Origin: Candidatus Multivoradales bacterium
GTDB taxonomy: Bacteria > Acidobacteriota > Thermoanaerobaculia > Multivoradales > J023
Length of the DNA: 64,000 nt
Assembly: GCA_965248925.1 (NCBI GenBank)
Contig: CBDFLE010000006.1
Coordinates: 448,001-512,000, forward strand
Direction: 5' to 3'
Shown: positions 28,369 to 39,020 of the stretch, piece by piece
How the letters are laid out: the number at the start of each line of letters is the position of its first letter
Position numbering within the stretch: the stretch's first letter is position 1
Made by a program: the position numbers and the translations under genes
The notes under the pieces: model-generated
The model's input: only the letters and a program-made list of their open reading frames with translations
Told to the model about the DNA's origin: nothing
Database searches by the model: none

Positions 28369-29145
28369 TCAGCGCACCCATCTGCGGACCCAGAAGGTCA
28401 GCTGATCGAGGGCGGTCACGACGCCGACAATGGCCAGTAGCAGCACTGCTACTTTCTCGTATTGAAAGCCGCGCACGTAGAGCTGAATATAGTAGCCGAT
28501 CCCGCCGGCACCGACCAGGCCGAGCACCGCGGCGTCACGGAAATTGAGTTCCATGCGGTAGACCGAGAAGGCGACCAGCTGGGGTATCGACTGCGGCAGC
28601 AAGCCAAAGCGCAGGGTCTGCGCCCAACCCGCGCCGGTGCCGCCCACCGCCGCCAAGATCCCCTCGTCCGCGGTCTCGAACTCCTCGGCGAAGAACTTCC
28701 CCAGCATGCCGATCGAGTGAAAGGCGATCGCCAACGTGCCGGGGAAGGGACCCAGGCCGACGGCCGACACAAAGAGGATCGCCACCACGATCAAGGGCAC
28801 CGAGCGGATGGCGCCAAAGAACAGCTTCACCGGCTGGTGAATCCACGGCGAGGTGATGTTGCTCGCCGCCAGAAAACCCAGTGGCAGTGCGATCACGATG
28901 CCGACAGCGGTACCGGCCAGAGCGATCATCAGAGTCTCGAGGGTCGACCGCCAAACCACTCCGGCGACGCTCCAATCGGGAGGCACTAGACGGCCGAAGA
29001 ATTCAGCGAACCTCGGACCTGAGCGCAACAGGGCACCCAGATCAACTTCCGACTGGACCAGCGCCCAGACGACCAGAGCACTACCGACCAACCAGCCGAA
29101 GTTTTGCAGCAGCACTCGCCGAATCCAGCGGCGGCGCAGAGTCAT
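28369..29145 (-). CDS. phnE: phosphonate/phosphate ABC permease
   Basis: PPDW, LETLMIA, GMLGKFFAE, ELNFRDAAVLGLVGAGGIG. Confidence 0.92.
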   Translation of the reverse strand: MTLRRRWIRRVLLQNFGWLVGSALVVWALVQSEVDLGALLRSGPRFAEFFGRLVPPDWSVAGVVWRSTLETLMIALAGTAVGIVIALPLGFLAASNITSPWIHQPVKLFFGAIRSVPLIVVAILFVSAVGLGPFPGTLAIAFHSIGMLGKFFAEEFETADEGILAAVGGTGAGWAQTLRFGLLPQSIPQLVAFSVYRMELNFRDAAVLGLVGAGGIGYYIQLYVRGFQYEKVAVLLLAIVGVVTALDQLTFWVRRWVR

Positions 29146-29926
29146 CGCTCTTCTCCTCTTCTTCCAATGCAGGTTCTTCCGCCGCTGGCCGACCGCGGTA
29201 GACCAGTTCGGCATCAGCAGCGGTGAAATCTTGCGGCTGGCCGTCAAAAACGATCTTGCCGTTGGCCAGGCCGACGAAACGGCTGGCGAAACGCCGCGCC
29301 AGCTCCGGCTGGTGCAGGTTGACCAGCAAAGTCACGCCGCGCCGCGCAACACAATCGACGAACAGTTCCAAGGCGTCCTCAGCCAATTCGGGGTCGAGGT
29401 TCGATACCGGCTCATCGGCGAGCACGATATCCGCCTCCTGCATCAGGGTGCGAGCAATCGTGGTCCGCTGGCGCTGCCCTCCAGACAGCGATTCAACCCG
29501 CCGTTCGCCAAGACCGTCGAGGCCCACTTCGGCCAAGATCGCCTCGGCCCGTTGCCACTCGGCAGCCGGAAAGATCCCCGCCAGACTGGCCAGCCGACCG
29601 ACCCGGCCGAGGCAGCCGGTGAGGACGTTGCCGATCACTGACAAACGCGGCACCAGGTGGAACTCCTGGTCGATCATCGCCACTTGCCGTTCCCGGCTCC
29701 GGCGCTGGGCGCTGCCACAGGGATCCTGGCCCAACACTTCGACCTTGCCGGTCGACGGCCGCAGCCGCCCTTTGATCAACCGCGACAAAGTGGTCTTGCC
29801 GGAGCCGCTGTGGCCGAGCACAAAGACCCGCTCGCCAGCTTGGATTTCCAGCGACTCGATATCGAGAGCGCAGGTCGAGCCATAGAGTACATGGACCTCG
29901 CGCAGGCGAATGACCGTCTTGCTCAC
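29081..29926 (-). CDS. phnC: phosphonate ABC ATP-binding protein
   Basis: GHSGSGKT, LSGGQRQR, LADEPVSNLDP, NLHQ. Confidence 0.92.
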   Translation of the reverse strand: MSKTVIRLREVHVLYGSTCALDIESLEIQAGERVFVLGHSGSGKTTLSRLIKGRLRPSTGKVEVLGQDPCGSAQRRSRERQVAMIDQEFHLVPRLSVIGNVLTGCLGRVGRLASLAGIFPAAEWQRAEAILAEVGLDGLGERRVESLSGGQRQRTTIARTLMQEADIVLADEPVSNLDPELAEDALELFVDCVARRGVTLLVNLHQPELARRFASRFVGLANGKIVFDGQPQDFTAADAELVYRGRPAAEEPALEEEEKSDDSAPPLDSASAAAKLRLVGR

Positions 29927-30819
29927 GGCTGGCCTCTTGGCGGTCGTAGGAAGCCGCTGGCCAGTGCCAACTTCTCCACTTCGGCGAAAGTGTCATGATC
30001 GACTTCGACATAGCCATCCACCCCGTAGAGGTTGTTCAGCAGGGACTTGTCGGGTCCTCCAGCGAGGGCTAGTAGGGCCTGTTTCATCTTGTCGATCAAC
30101 TCCCGCTCGAGCCCGTCGCGAACGACAATGCAATGCGAGGGGATGCGAGGGGAATCTCCAATCTTGAGGATCTGGTCACGCTCCTCGGGCCGCAGCAGGT
30201 CGAAGGCAAATTCACCGATGCCGGCAGCGTCTACAAAACCATTCAGCACCGCCCGCAAGGCTTGTTCGTCGCCACCGGCGAAGTAAACATTGTCGAAGAA
30301 CGACTCGGCCTCGTCACGATGCTTGATCAGCCCCTCCTCGATGAAGATCTGCAACGGGTAGAGATAGCCCGAGGAGGAGATCGGATCGACAAAGGCAATG
30401 GTCTTCTGCTCTAGATCTGCCGGGTTCTTGAAGCCCGAATCGCGGCGTACGAAGAGGTTGCTCTGATACCAAGGCCGGCCGCCATAGACCTCACCCAAAA
30501 CCACCTCGGCAGCGGCTTCGCGGTGGGCGATGACGTACTGCAACGGACCCATGAAGCCCATGTCGGCGGAGCCATTCTTGAACGCTTCGACCACCCCGGC
30601 GTAATCGGTGGCGACAAAAGCCCGCACCGAGCGACCGAGCTTGCCTTCCAAGAAAGAAACCACTGGCTCGACATCCTCGATCAACTGATTCGGGTTCTCG
30701 TAGGCGATGAAGACCACCCGGAAAGGCTCCTCTTTCGCCTGAGCCGGCGCTGCCCCCGGTAGCAGTGCAAACACAGCGAAAACGGCCAGGGCTGCTAAAG
30801 CACGGTCCCAGCGACTCAT
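29923..30819 (-). CDS. phnD: phosphate/phosphite/phosphonate ABC substrate-binding protein
   Basis: TDYAGVVEA, GPLQYV, FVDPISSSGYLYP, FAGGD. Confidence 0.9.
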   Translation of the reverse strand: MSRWDRALAALAVFAVFALLPGAAPAQAKEEPFRVVFIAYENPNQLIEDVEPVVSFLEGKLGRSVRAFVATDYAGVVEAFKNGSADMGFMGPLQYVIAHREAAAEVVLGEVYGGRPWYQSNLFVRRDSGFKNPADLEQKTIAFVDPISSSGYLYPLQIFIEEGLIKHRDEAESFFDNVYFAGGDEQALRAVLNGFVDAAGIGEFAFDLLRPEERDQILKIGDSPRIPSHCIVVRDGLERELIDKMKQALLALAGGPDKSLLNNLYGVDGYVEVDHDTFAEVEKLALASGFLRPPRGQP

Positions 30820-32729
30820 TTCAACACCTCCCGATGCTCGGTGTAGAGGGACTTGTAAGCGGCCAAATGAGCCTCGGCCTGCGGCATCTTGCCGGCGACA
30901 AACGCCGTGCCGGCCTGATCGATGAAGCCGGCCAGGCGATCGAGCACCCCGAGTTGGCTACGATCTTGGACATCCCACTTGTGGGCGCGGATCTCGTCCG
31001 CCACCGTCCGCATGGTAATGGCGACCAGCCGCTCTTCGCCACGATCAACCAGAAAATCCCAGGTCGAGAGGAAGAAGGAAAACTCCTCGAGTTCGGCCTC
31101 CAAGGTGTAGATGGTGTCCTCATAGGCATCGACGCCGCTGCCCACCAACTCGAGATAGGCGGTCAGGTCGTCGACCTCAAAAGCCGCCAGAGCGAGGTCA
31201 AAGCGATCGTCGAACCACTCGACCACGGCGCGCAAGGTCGCCAGCGAGCCATCGTGGAAGTAAGGCGCGGTGGTCGTCGAGGAGAGCAGGGTTGGGGTGT
31301 CGAGAGCACCGTCCCGCGAACCTTCGGCGGCTCCCGCCACCGAACCGATATCGTGCCGCTGACGGTCGAGAAAATGATCGGAAGCCACATGGCAGGTGGC
31401 GCAGGAGCGATTCCCCATGCCGGCAAAGGAACGGCGGAAAAGCTGCTCCCCGCGCCGCGCCGCGGCTGATGTGCCGGCGATCAGCGAACCATCGTCCGCC
31501 AGCTCCGGGTTGGGCAAGAAGTCGAATTGCAGCATGTAGGCGATCAGGCCGTCGAGCATCACCGGCTCTGGCTCGGCGCCGTTGAATTCGTTGACGATCA
31601 CGTTGCGGGTGAACTCCCGCAAGCTGGCGAAGCGTCCGTCGCGGCCATAGGGGGCGGTGAAACGAATGCCCCTAAGATCGGGCACATCCAGTGGATCGAA
31701 AACCCCGTCGTTAGCGTGGGGAGCGAAAAAGGCGTTGTCGACATCGATGCCTCCGGAGCGACTCGATAGACCGGGGATAAACAGCTGTGGATTGGTGATC
31801 GACTTGTTGTGGCAGGTATTGCACGAGATCGCCAGCGAGCGGGCCGGATCGCCGAAGATCTGCGGGCTGTCGAAAGCCATGTCGCCGAGGGCGATCAAAT
31901 TCGTCGCGCTCTCATCGACCCCCCGCAGCACCATGTTCAGAACCTGCCGCGGTCGCGGTAGCTGCTTGTTGAGCTGGGTTCCCGGCGGCAGATATGGCAC
32001 CAGCCGCGCCTCCTCCTCGAAGGTCGGGCTGGCGATCGGCAGCGGCAGCTTCAGCCGTCGCGCCGCGGTCGGCCGTTCGATGTAGCTCAGCCGCAAGTAG
32101 CGCACGATCTCCTCGGACTCCTCGACAAACCTGGCACCGTCGACCGGCACTCCAGCCGCCGCGCCCAGCCCCGGGCTACCTAGAGAGTCATAGAGTTCGA
32201 GCCAGCAGAGGCCGAGGCGAACGAACGCCTGATGGTCGCTGAGCCGGATCTCACGCTCGAAAGCGCTCCACAGCTGACGCGCCTCGTCGAGTTCGGCGGC
32301 GACCAAGTCGCGGTCCGTCAATGCCCCTCGGGCACGCTCCAAGTGGTGAGACAGCAGGCTGGCAACCGCCCGCGTAGAAGCTTCGAAGATCTCCGCCGCC
32401 GCCTGCTGGCGCGCGCCAGATCCGGCCTCGCGCCCCCGCGTCACGGCCCGCTGAACCGCCGCCTCGAAGACCTTCGCCTGGTCCTCGGCAACTCTCCCTA
32501 GAGCCTTAGCGATCACTTGGGTATCAGCAATCACAAGGTCCCAAAGAACCGGATTGAGGGCCAGCACGAAGCCGTTACGCCGGTAGCTTTCCGCCACCGG
32601 ATGGAGCTGCTCCGGCGGCACGATATGGGCCACCGCGGAACTCGCCACGAGCCAGCAAGCCAGGGTAACCAGCAGCCGCGAGCCCGCGGACTTTCGCGAG
32701 TGTCTGTGAGTTTGATTCATGGGCTTCAC
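30816..32729 (-). CDS. exported di-haem cytochrome c peroxidase/MauG-like protein
   Basis: Two CxxCH (CNTCH, CATCH), PDLRG..TAPYGRDG, DTPTL..TAPYFHDGS; signal peptide. Confidence 0.85.
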   Translation of the reverse strand: MKPMNQTHRHSRKSAGSRLLVTLACWLVASSAVAHIVPPEQLHPVAESYRRNGFVLALNPVLWDLVIADTQVIAKALGRVAEDQAKVFEAAVQRAVTRGREAGSGARQQAAAEIFEASTRAVASLLSHHLERARGALTDRDLVAAELDEARQLWSAFEREIRLSDHQAFVRLGLCWLELYDSLGSPGLGAAAGVPVDGARFVEESEEIVRYLRLSYIERPTAARRLKLPLPIASPTFEEEARLVPYLPPGTQLNKQLPRPRQVLNMVLRGVDESATNLIALGDMAFDSPQIFGDPARSLAISCNTCHNKSITNPQLFIPGLSSRSGGIDVDNAFFAPHANDGVFDPLDVPDLRGIRFTAPYGRDGRFASLREFTRNVIVNEFNGAEPEPVMLDGLIAYMLQFDFLPNPELADDGSLIAGTSAAARRGEQLFRRSFAGMGNRSCATCHVASDHFLDRQRHDIGSVAGAAEGSRDGALDTPTLLSSTTTAPYFHDGSLATLRAVVEWFDDRFDLALAAFEVDDLTAYLELVGSGVDAYEDTIYTLEAELEEFSFFLSTWDFLVDRGEERLVAITMRTVADEIRAHKWDVQDRSQLGVLDRLAGFIDQAGTAFVAGKMPQAEAHLAAYKSLYTEHREVLK

Positions 32730-33079
32730 CTATGGCGCCTGACGAGCAGGCAAAGTTTTATTTTTGACTAATCGAAATTATAGGATCACCCAGCCCTAAA
32801 AGTCAAGGCTTTGGAGTGAGATATGCCTCCCAAAAACTCCGTCCACCCATGAAATCAACTACTTGCAGGCGGCCACTAATTTTCGTCTCGGTGCAGATGA
32901 GGCCATGAACCAGGCATGCTTCGGTCGGTTCCCCACGCCCGCGCGCCGCCTGAGCGGTGGATCTTCCAGGACAGCTAGCAGGCTTGCCGACCGGGAGTCG
33001 GCTACTGCCCTCGTGCTCACCTTGACCGCACTCAGCCAACCGGAAGGGCGTCCAGGTCGCGCGGATAGACTTCTAGGGA

Positions 33080-33161
33080 GGCACAGCGGCATCAACTCAC
33101 CCAGAGCGGCTTGATCCCCCTCGCCCCAAGCGACTAGCAGCGCGCTGAGATCTTTGTCCAT
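33080..33161 (-). pseudogene. N-terminal remnant of an ECF sigma factor (TIGR02999-like)
   Basis: MDKDLSALLVAWGEGDQAALGELMPL, then similarity lost. Confidence 0.6.
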
Positions 33162-33257
33162 CTCAGTTCCCGGTGGCTCTTGCCCAAAAACACCGAGCTG
33201 ACCGGCGCTCCTCTGCCGCCAGCAATGGGCTCAGAAGGAACGACCGGGGCCTTCAAC

Positions 33258-34760
33258 TCAGCGGCATAGTTCGCCCACCGGCGTCGCCTGATAGCCAACG
33301 CTGAATCTGCCCTCGGCGCTGAGCAGCGTTAGCACCTGGCTTTGGATCGGCTCAATCACCGGCACGCCGATGATCGGGTTGAAGAACTGCGCACTGACTT
33401 CTATCAACCCCGCCTGCTGATCGATGTTCAGGGCTGGATCGTCGATCGGCAAGCGAAACACACAGGCTGCCAGTCCCTGCAAGAAGTCGTAGTTCGGTAG
33501 GTGGCCCTCTTCGTCAGTGGCCCTGAAGTTCAAGTTATTGGAGGGAAAAGGCACCTCGCCGCAGGTCAGTCCGCCATTGCCAAAACAATCCATCCAGACC
33601 AGGAGTTCAGCGCCGCCGGCAAAAGCACCGCCGTTTAGGAAACGACTCTGATAAGTGCTGGGCAACGCTGAACGTGCACTGTAGAGGTTCTTGTAAAACG
33701 ACTGTGCGTTGGCTGGCGCTTCATTGTCGCCCGCCGGCCCGGCGGCCAAGACGATGGCCTCGAAGCCCGAGGCCGATTCTTGACTTGGATCAACCAACAG
33801 AAAATCGCCCCACAGAGCATTGGCGTTTCTGGCCACGCCCGCACCCTCGGCGGCAAAGTAGCCCACTTCGATCGGATAGAGGACTTCCGACGAGCAGTCG
33901 TTCAGCACATCGACGGTCATGAATCCCACCGCGGTGGCTGATTCACCGCGATCGGCCGCGTAACACAGACCATCGTCGAGATCGGGCTGGCCGGTAAGGC
34001 GCGCATGCAAGCGAGCGAGTTCGTCCCCGCCCAGCACGGGGAGAGTCAGCGGGGCCGTGCAGACTGGGAAATTGAGTAGTGAAAGCTCGGCGCCGGTCTG
34101 CGGCAGCTGGCCACGAACCAGTACGTCGTATAGATTGATCGGCACTACATCGTGGCCCTCGAGATAGAGATCGAACGCCAGCAAAGGCCGTCCCCAATCG
34201 CTCCAGATCACCGCTCGGGCCAAAGTCGGCTCGGCTGAAGCGTTGATCACCGAGACCAGAGTGGTGAGCTGACTCGGGTGGTCGAGGTCAACCTCGAGAA
34301 AGGGAAAGAGCAGGGTCGCCCCAGCGCTGCGCCCAACCCTACAGCCGGGTCCCTCGACGTCGAGATCGATGGTGCCCCCCAACTCCGCCGGGCCACCGGG
34401 TTCGAAGTAGAAGATCTCAATGGTGTTGGTTCCAGCCGGCAAGCGGCCGAGGGGAATATCGAGAGTGTAGTCCGCAGTGCCTGATTGTCCATGATCCGGT
34501 GCCTCGAGGAAAACCTGCGTCGCCGCGCCGGCTTGGTGTAGATAGAGGAAACTTGGCCCAGAGTTGAAGAGGTGGCAAATGCCGCTCACCCGCAGAATCA
34601 CGTCGCTAGCGCTGTTCGGCTCGGCCAAGACCCGAGTTTCGGCCTCGTCGACCGTGCAGGGGACCGCGCCGATCACCGGCGTGGCAACAACATATAAGAT
34701 GGCGACGGCGACCCATCTATGCATCAAAGGTAGGCGCAGCGGCTGTCGAAAAATCTTCAT
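33258..34760 (-). CDS. secreted hypothetical protein
   Basis: Signal peptide; GATLLFPFLEVDL..TTLVSVINAS..WSDWG..YLEGHDV..NL, NALWGDF, EGRFSVG. Confidence 0.75.
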   Translation of the reverse strand: MKIFRQPLRLPLMHRWVAVAILYVVATPVIGAVPCTVDEAETRVLAEPNSASDVILRVSGICHLFNSGPSFLYLHQAGAATQVFLEAPDHGQSGTADYTLDIPLGRLPAGTNTIEIFYFEPGGPAELGGTIDLDVEGPGCRVGRSAGATLLFPFLEVDLDHPSQLTTLVSVINASAEPTLARAVIWSDWGRPLLAFDLYLEGHDVVPINLYDVLVRGQLPQTGAELSLLNFPVCTAPLTLPVLGGDELARLHARLTGQPDLDDGLCYAADRGESATAVGFMTVDVLNDCSSEVLYPIEVGYFAAEGAGVARNANALWGDFLLVDPSQESASGFEAIVLAAGPAGDNEAPANAQSFYKNLYSARSALPSTYQSRFLNGGAFAGGAELLVWMDCFGNGGLTCGEVPFPSNNLNFRATDEEGHLPNYDFLQGLAACVFRLPIDDPALNIDQQAGLIEVSAQFFNPIIGVPVIEPIQSQVLTLLSAEGRFSVGYQATPVGELCR

Positions 34761-34846
34761 CGCGGTGTCCTCACAAGTGGGTTGATATCTCAGATAGATG
34801 CTACCGTAGCATTTACAGCCCCCTTTGAGAACCCCGCCTCCTCAGC

Positions 34847-35283
34847 TCACCTCGTGCCGTCGGCCCGCAGGCTGGTTTCGGCCCGGGCCACGATCTCGCA
34901 GATCTCGCGGATCAAATCGAGAGTGGCGAACATCTCCTGACAGCGCCCGCAGAGATCCTCGGACGGTACCTTGAACGGCACCCCCCGATCGAGAGACTCC
35001 TGCTTCGCTTGCAGCAGATCCAGGCAGAGCTGGCGCGAGTGGTCCGCAGCCGGGACATCCTGCGTCGGCGAGTCGCGAGCGAACTCGCGGCGCAGTAACA
35101 AGCGGCCGCGATGCACCCGCGTCTTGACCGTGGCGGGCCGCAGGCCGAGGATCGCAGCCACTTTGGCGATCGGCAACTCGACAATCTCTTTCAACACCAG
35201 AGGCATGCGGAAATGCAACGGCAACTTGGCGATACCCCGCTCGACGGCTTGCTGAGTGTCACGCCGTAGCTGGGAATCCATCG
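34847..35283 (-). pseudogene. C-terminal fragment of ECF sigma factor (region 4 + Cys-rich tail)
   Basis: LPLHFRMPLVLKEI..VAAILGLRPATVKTRVHRGR; region 2 missing. Confidence 0.7.
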
Positions 35284-35432
35284 CAAGAAAGCTCGGTGAG
35301 GGAAACGCGGAGGACCGGCCTCGCCGGGCAACATGATATTCAACGACCCTAAAATCGTAAACCCCGGCCAAGCTGATCCGCCCGCCCCGGATCTTCGTCC
35401 CCGCCGCTAGCGGCGAGATAGAGTGCCGGGCC

Positions 35433-36296
35433 ATGACCGATCCATCAGCCGCCATCACCGCTCTCGACGGCCATCCGCTGGCCTCCACCCTTTTTGAACC
35501 AACGACCGGCAACTGCCGAGCAACCTTGGTGATCGCCAGCGCGACCGGCGTGCGCCGGAGTTACTACCGGCCGTTCGCCGAATTCCTGACCGGCCACGGC
35601 CTGCGGGTGATCACCTTCGACTATCGCGGCATCGGCGGCTCGGCGCCTCCCAGCCTGCGGGGCTTCGAGGCCAGCATGGCAGATTGGGCCCAGCAAGACA
35701 CCGACGGCGTGTTGGCCATGGCACAACAGCGTTGGCCCGAGCAGCCCCTGCTGTATGTGGGCCACAGTTTCGGCGGCCAGGCTCTCGGCCTGCTGCGCCA
35801 TGCAGGCTGCCTACGCGGTGCGGTCCTGGTGGCTTCACAGAGCGGCTACTGGCGCCATTGGAGTGGCCTGGCGCGGCTGCGCATGTTGGCGCTCTGGTAC
35901 GTCGTGATCCCGCTGCTGACCACGGTCTTCGGCTACCTTCCAGCCCGCCGCCTGGGCCTGGGCGAAGACCAACCACGGGGAGTCGCCCGCCAGTGGGCCT
36001 GCTGGGGCCGCCATCGCGATTACATCTTGAGCGCCGATAGTGAGACTCGCCAACGCTTCGCTGAGCTTACCCTACCGATTCGCGCCTACAGCCTGGCCGA
36101 CGACAGCTTCGCTCCCCGGCCAGCGGTCACGGCACTGCTCGCCGCCTTCCGCAATGCTGAGATGGATCACCGCCATCTCGAACCTGGGGCGGTCAGACAG
36201 CAGCGAATCGGCCACTTCGGCTTCTTCCGGGAGCCCCTGCGCGATACGCTGTGGGGAGACGTTGCCAACTGGTTGCTGCGTCGTGTTGGTGGGTAG
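35433..36296 (+). CDS. alpha/beta hydrolase
   Basis: ATGV..YY..FA, FDYRGIG, GHSFGG nucleophile, DD, GHFGFF. Confidence 0.92.
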   Translation: MTDPSAAITALDGHPLASTLFEPTTGNCRATLVIASATGVRRSYYRPFAEFLTGHGLRVITFDYRGIGGSAPPSLRGFEASMADWAQQDTDGVLAMAQQRWPEQPLLYVGHSFGGQALGLLRHAGCLRGAVLVASQSGYWRHWSGLARLRMLALWYVVIPLLTTVFGYLPARRLGLGEDQPRGVARQWACWGRHRDYILSADSETRQRFAELTLPIRAYSLADDSFAPRPAVTALLAAFRNAEMDHRHLEPGAVRQQRIGHFGFFREPLRDTLWGDVANWLLRRVGG

Positions 36297-36831
36297 CTCC
36301 CAGTAGTCGGCCAGCCTTCAGAGCAGACCCCAAAACTACAAAGCTGTGGCGCCTCGGCAGGACACAGATGGCCTTGAATGCGGTGTCGAGGTCGCCACTC
36401 AGCTGACCACGGTTGAAAGCTGATCCCAGCGTAAACCGCTGATAACAAGCAGGTACGGGTTGGGTGGCACCTTCTCGGGCGGGTCTGTGTCGTGCATGGC
36501 CAAGCCTCCTGTTTTGAGTGACTTCGGCAGGCTGTTGCCCGTCCGGTGGTCTAGGAGTAAGGCGTGGCACGTCGGATGGTCAACCAGGATCGCGCGGAAA
36601 GCTGCGCGAAATCTTGGGATTCTTGGAAGTCCTCGGGATGGCCAACCGATAGCCGTGGGGAGTGGCTGAGTTGAGCCAACTGCAAGGCCAGCCAGAGGCC
36701 CCAGAATGCCCTCAGAGGGCCGATCTCCGGTCCTCGGCAGCACCACCGACTCGGCGAGATCATGCCTTGAAAGGCCAGTTCAAAGTCGGAGCCAAAGAGG
36801 GGCGGAAACGGTTGGGTGGTACCATCAGGCA

Positions 36832-37080
36832 ATGAGCGAAGGAACATCACAGATCCTCAGCCACGCCTTGAAACTCTCGACGGGCGAGCGGGCAGAACTC
36901 GCGGCAGAACTTCTCGCGAGCCTAGATGGTGAACCCGACGGCAAGATCGAGTCCGCCTGGGCAGCCGAGATCGAGAGCCGTGCAGCTCGTGTCAGGTCCG
37001 GTAAGGCACAAGCCCGACCCTGGAACGAGATTCGCGCTCGGTTTGGTACTGTCAGGTTGAGCCCCGGCGTGCCAGAGTAG
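36832..37080 (+). CDS. addiction-module antitoxin (TIGR02574-like), 3' end clipped by IS6
   Basis: ALKLSTGERAELAAELLASLD..AWAAEIESR..PW. Confidence 0.8.
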   Translation: MSEGTSQILSHALKLSTGERAELAAELLASLDGEPDGKIESAWAAEIESRAARVRSGKAQARPWNEIRARFGTVRLSPGVPE

Positions 37081-37848
37081 GCCCATGAATGAGCCTGCTC
37101 CCAGCTACCGAGGCTACCGTTTTCCGCCCGAGATCATCATCCACGCCGTTTGGCTCTACTACCGCTTCTGCCTGAGCTTCCGCGACGTCGAAGATCTACT
37201 CGCTGAACGTGGCGTCATTGTATCCTACGAGACGATTCGCCAGTGGTGCATGAAGTTTGGCGGCGAGTATGCTCGGCGGCTGAAGCGGAAGCAGGGGCGG
37301 TTCGGTGATTTCTAGTACCTTGACGAAGTGTTCATAAAGATCCAAGGTAAACGGCAGTACCTATGGCGAGCGGTAGATCAGGACGGAAACACTATCGACA
37401 TCTTGGTCCAGTCTCGCCGGGACAGCCGTGCCGCTAAGCGCTTCTTTTGTAAGCTCTTGAAGGGTCAAGGTCGGGAACCGAATCGCTTGGTCACTGACAA
37501 ACTCGGAAGCTACGGGGTCGCTCACCGAGAGCTGCTTTCGTCTGTCCCACATGTGACCCAACGCTGGGTGAACAATCGAGCCGAGGTTTCGCATGAAGCC
37601 GTCCGGTTTCGAGAACGACAGATGAGGAGATTCAAGACGCCTGGGCACTGCCAGAGATTTCTCTCTGTCCACAGCGTAGTTGGGAATCTGTTCCGGGTCG
37701 GTCGTCAGAAGGTCAGTGCAAAGAATTTCAGGCTCCAGCGGGATCGGGCGTTCGGGACCTGGCAGCAGGTGAGCTGCGCCTGACTAGGGCCGGCATAGCT
37801 CGTTCTGGCGGCCAGACTCGCGTTGACCTCGGGTAAGTTGGCAATACC
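37045..37848 (+). mobile_element. IS6 family insertion sequence
   Basis: Imperfect IRs GGTACTGTCAGGTT (37045) and AAGTTGGCAATACC (37835-37848) flanking transposase. Confidence 0.8.
37085..37783 (+). pseudogene. IS6 transposase with in-frame TAG at 37313
   Basis: YRFPPEII.HAVWLY.RF.LS.RDVE, DF*YLDEV, YLWRAVDQDG, TDKL.SY, NNRAE. Confidence 0.9.
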
Positions 37849-38109
37849 ATTACGAGGCTCTGTCAATCTATCGTTTTCGTGGACACCGGTGTGCTTCCCA
37901 GGGACGGGAACCTCTTTACGGATGTCGAGCAAGTGCTTCATGCCGAGCTAAGGCGCCTTGGCTACTGAAGCGATGACCAAGCGTGAATTGTCACCTGAGC
38001 GCGGTGCCCAGCAATGCACGATCAAGCCGTGATTCGCGAACCCGACGGCCCAGCAGAGTTCGAAATTGGGCTCAAAAAACCACGGGGCTTTGATGAAGCC
38101 GAACGAGCC

Positions 38110-38409
38110 TCACCGTCGCTGTTTCCAGTGACGAGGATCACGAGATAAGTGGCTGATCGACAGAACCCGAATCCGATACCGCTCGATCCGATAGAAGACC
38201 CCGTACGGGAACCGACCGACAGTCGCCCTCCGGACGTCACGATAAATCGCCTGGACAAGACGGGGATTGCCGGCGACCGCTTCGAGCGTACCTTCCACGG
38301 CGTCGATGAATCGACGACCGAGACCTGTTCGCTGCTGCTCGTACCACCCGGAGGCTTCGATAAATTCGTCACGAGCCTCGTCGAGGAGGATCGGCGGCAA
38401 CCGGGTCAT
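38110..38409 (-). CDS. RelE/ParE family toxin
   Basis: EARDEFIEASGWYEQQR.GLG..F, RFPYGVFY, HLSRDPRHW. Confidence 0.9.
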   Translation of the reverse strand: MTRLPPILLDEARDEFIEASGWYEQQRTGLGRRFIDAVEGTLEAVAGNPRLVQAIYRDVRRATVGRFPYGVFYRIERYRIRVLSISHLSRDPRHWKQRR

Positions 38410-38627
38410 AGAGCCTTTAGAGCCTGCTTCTTGACCTCCGGCCATGGAGTCCCAGCCTCGGGGTTGAAATCGGCCACAGCAATTCTCTCGTCCAGGAGAT
38501 TTCGCTGCCACTCAGGCAGTGGCGGCTCGACGGATTCGCCCAAGCTCTCCCAGATTGCCTCTACGACTTCAAGCTGATCCTCGACCGGTAGCTCAAGAAT
38601 CTCTTCCTGGAGTTGTGCCTTCGTCAT
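38406..38627 (-). CDS. addiction-module antitoxin
   Basis: ILELPVEDQLEVVEAIWESL..LPEWQRNLLDER..PWPEVK. Confidence 0.9.
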   Translation of the reverse strand: MTKAQLQEEILELPVEDQLEVVEAIWESLGESVEPPLPEWQRNLLDERIAVADFNPEAGTPWPEVKKQALKAL

Positions 38628-38666
38628 GGTACGCCCAGTCTAACCTACTCATCATCGAGGATCTCG

Positions 38667-39020
38667 TCATTGTCCGGAGAACTCCACCCCCCGCCGCTCC
38701 CACCTCTTCCCCATTGCCAGCTCAAACACCCGAGAAAACGCCCCCGGCTGCGCCAGTCCCTCCTGACTCGCCTCCCTCTCCCACGCCGGCACAGCCCCGA
38801 ACGCCCGACTCACCGCCACCATCGCCAGAACGAGCCCAAGGTCAACGCAGACATCCAACGCACAGAGATCGCAGATCGGCTCATCATCCCGATAGGCCAC
38901 CGGCCCGACCCCCGTCGGGCACTCACAGATCGCACACGGCACCCCGGGTTTCTCGGCAACGCGAATGCTGTAGCGGTGATCAACGGCAGGGCTCTCACTC
39001 GACTTCGACTTGGCAACCAT
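38667..39020 (-). CDS. hypothetical CxxC..CxxC protein
   Basis: GGAGAG RBS; CAIC, CDLC. Confidence 0.55.
   Translation of the reverse strand: MVAKSKSSESPAVDHRYSIRVAEKPGVPCAICECPTGVGPVAYRDDEPICDLCALDVCVDLGLVLAMVAVSRAFGAVPAWEREASQEGLAQPGAFSRVFELAMGKRWERRGVEFSGQ

Noticed and set aside
37313-37315. Programmed TAG readthrough or pyrrolysine in the IS6 transposase
   Set aside because: The position corresponds to a conserved Trp (TGG to TAG); a simple nonsense mutation is more likely
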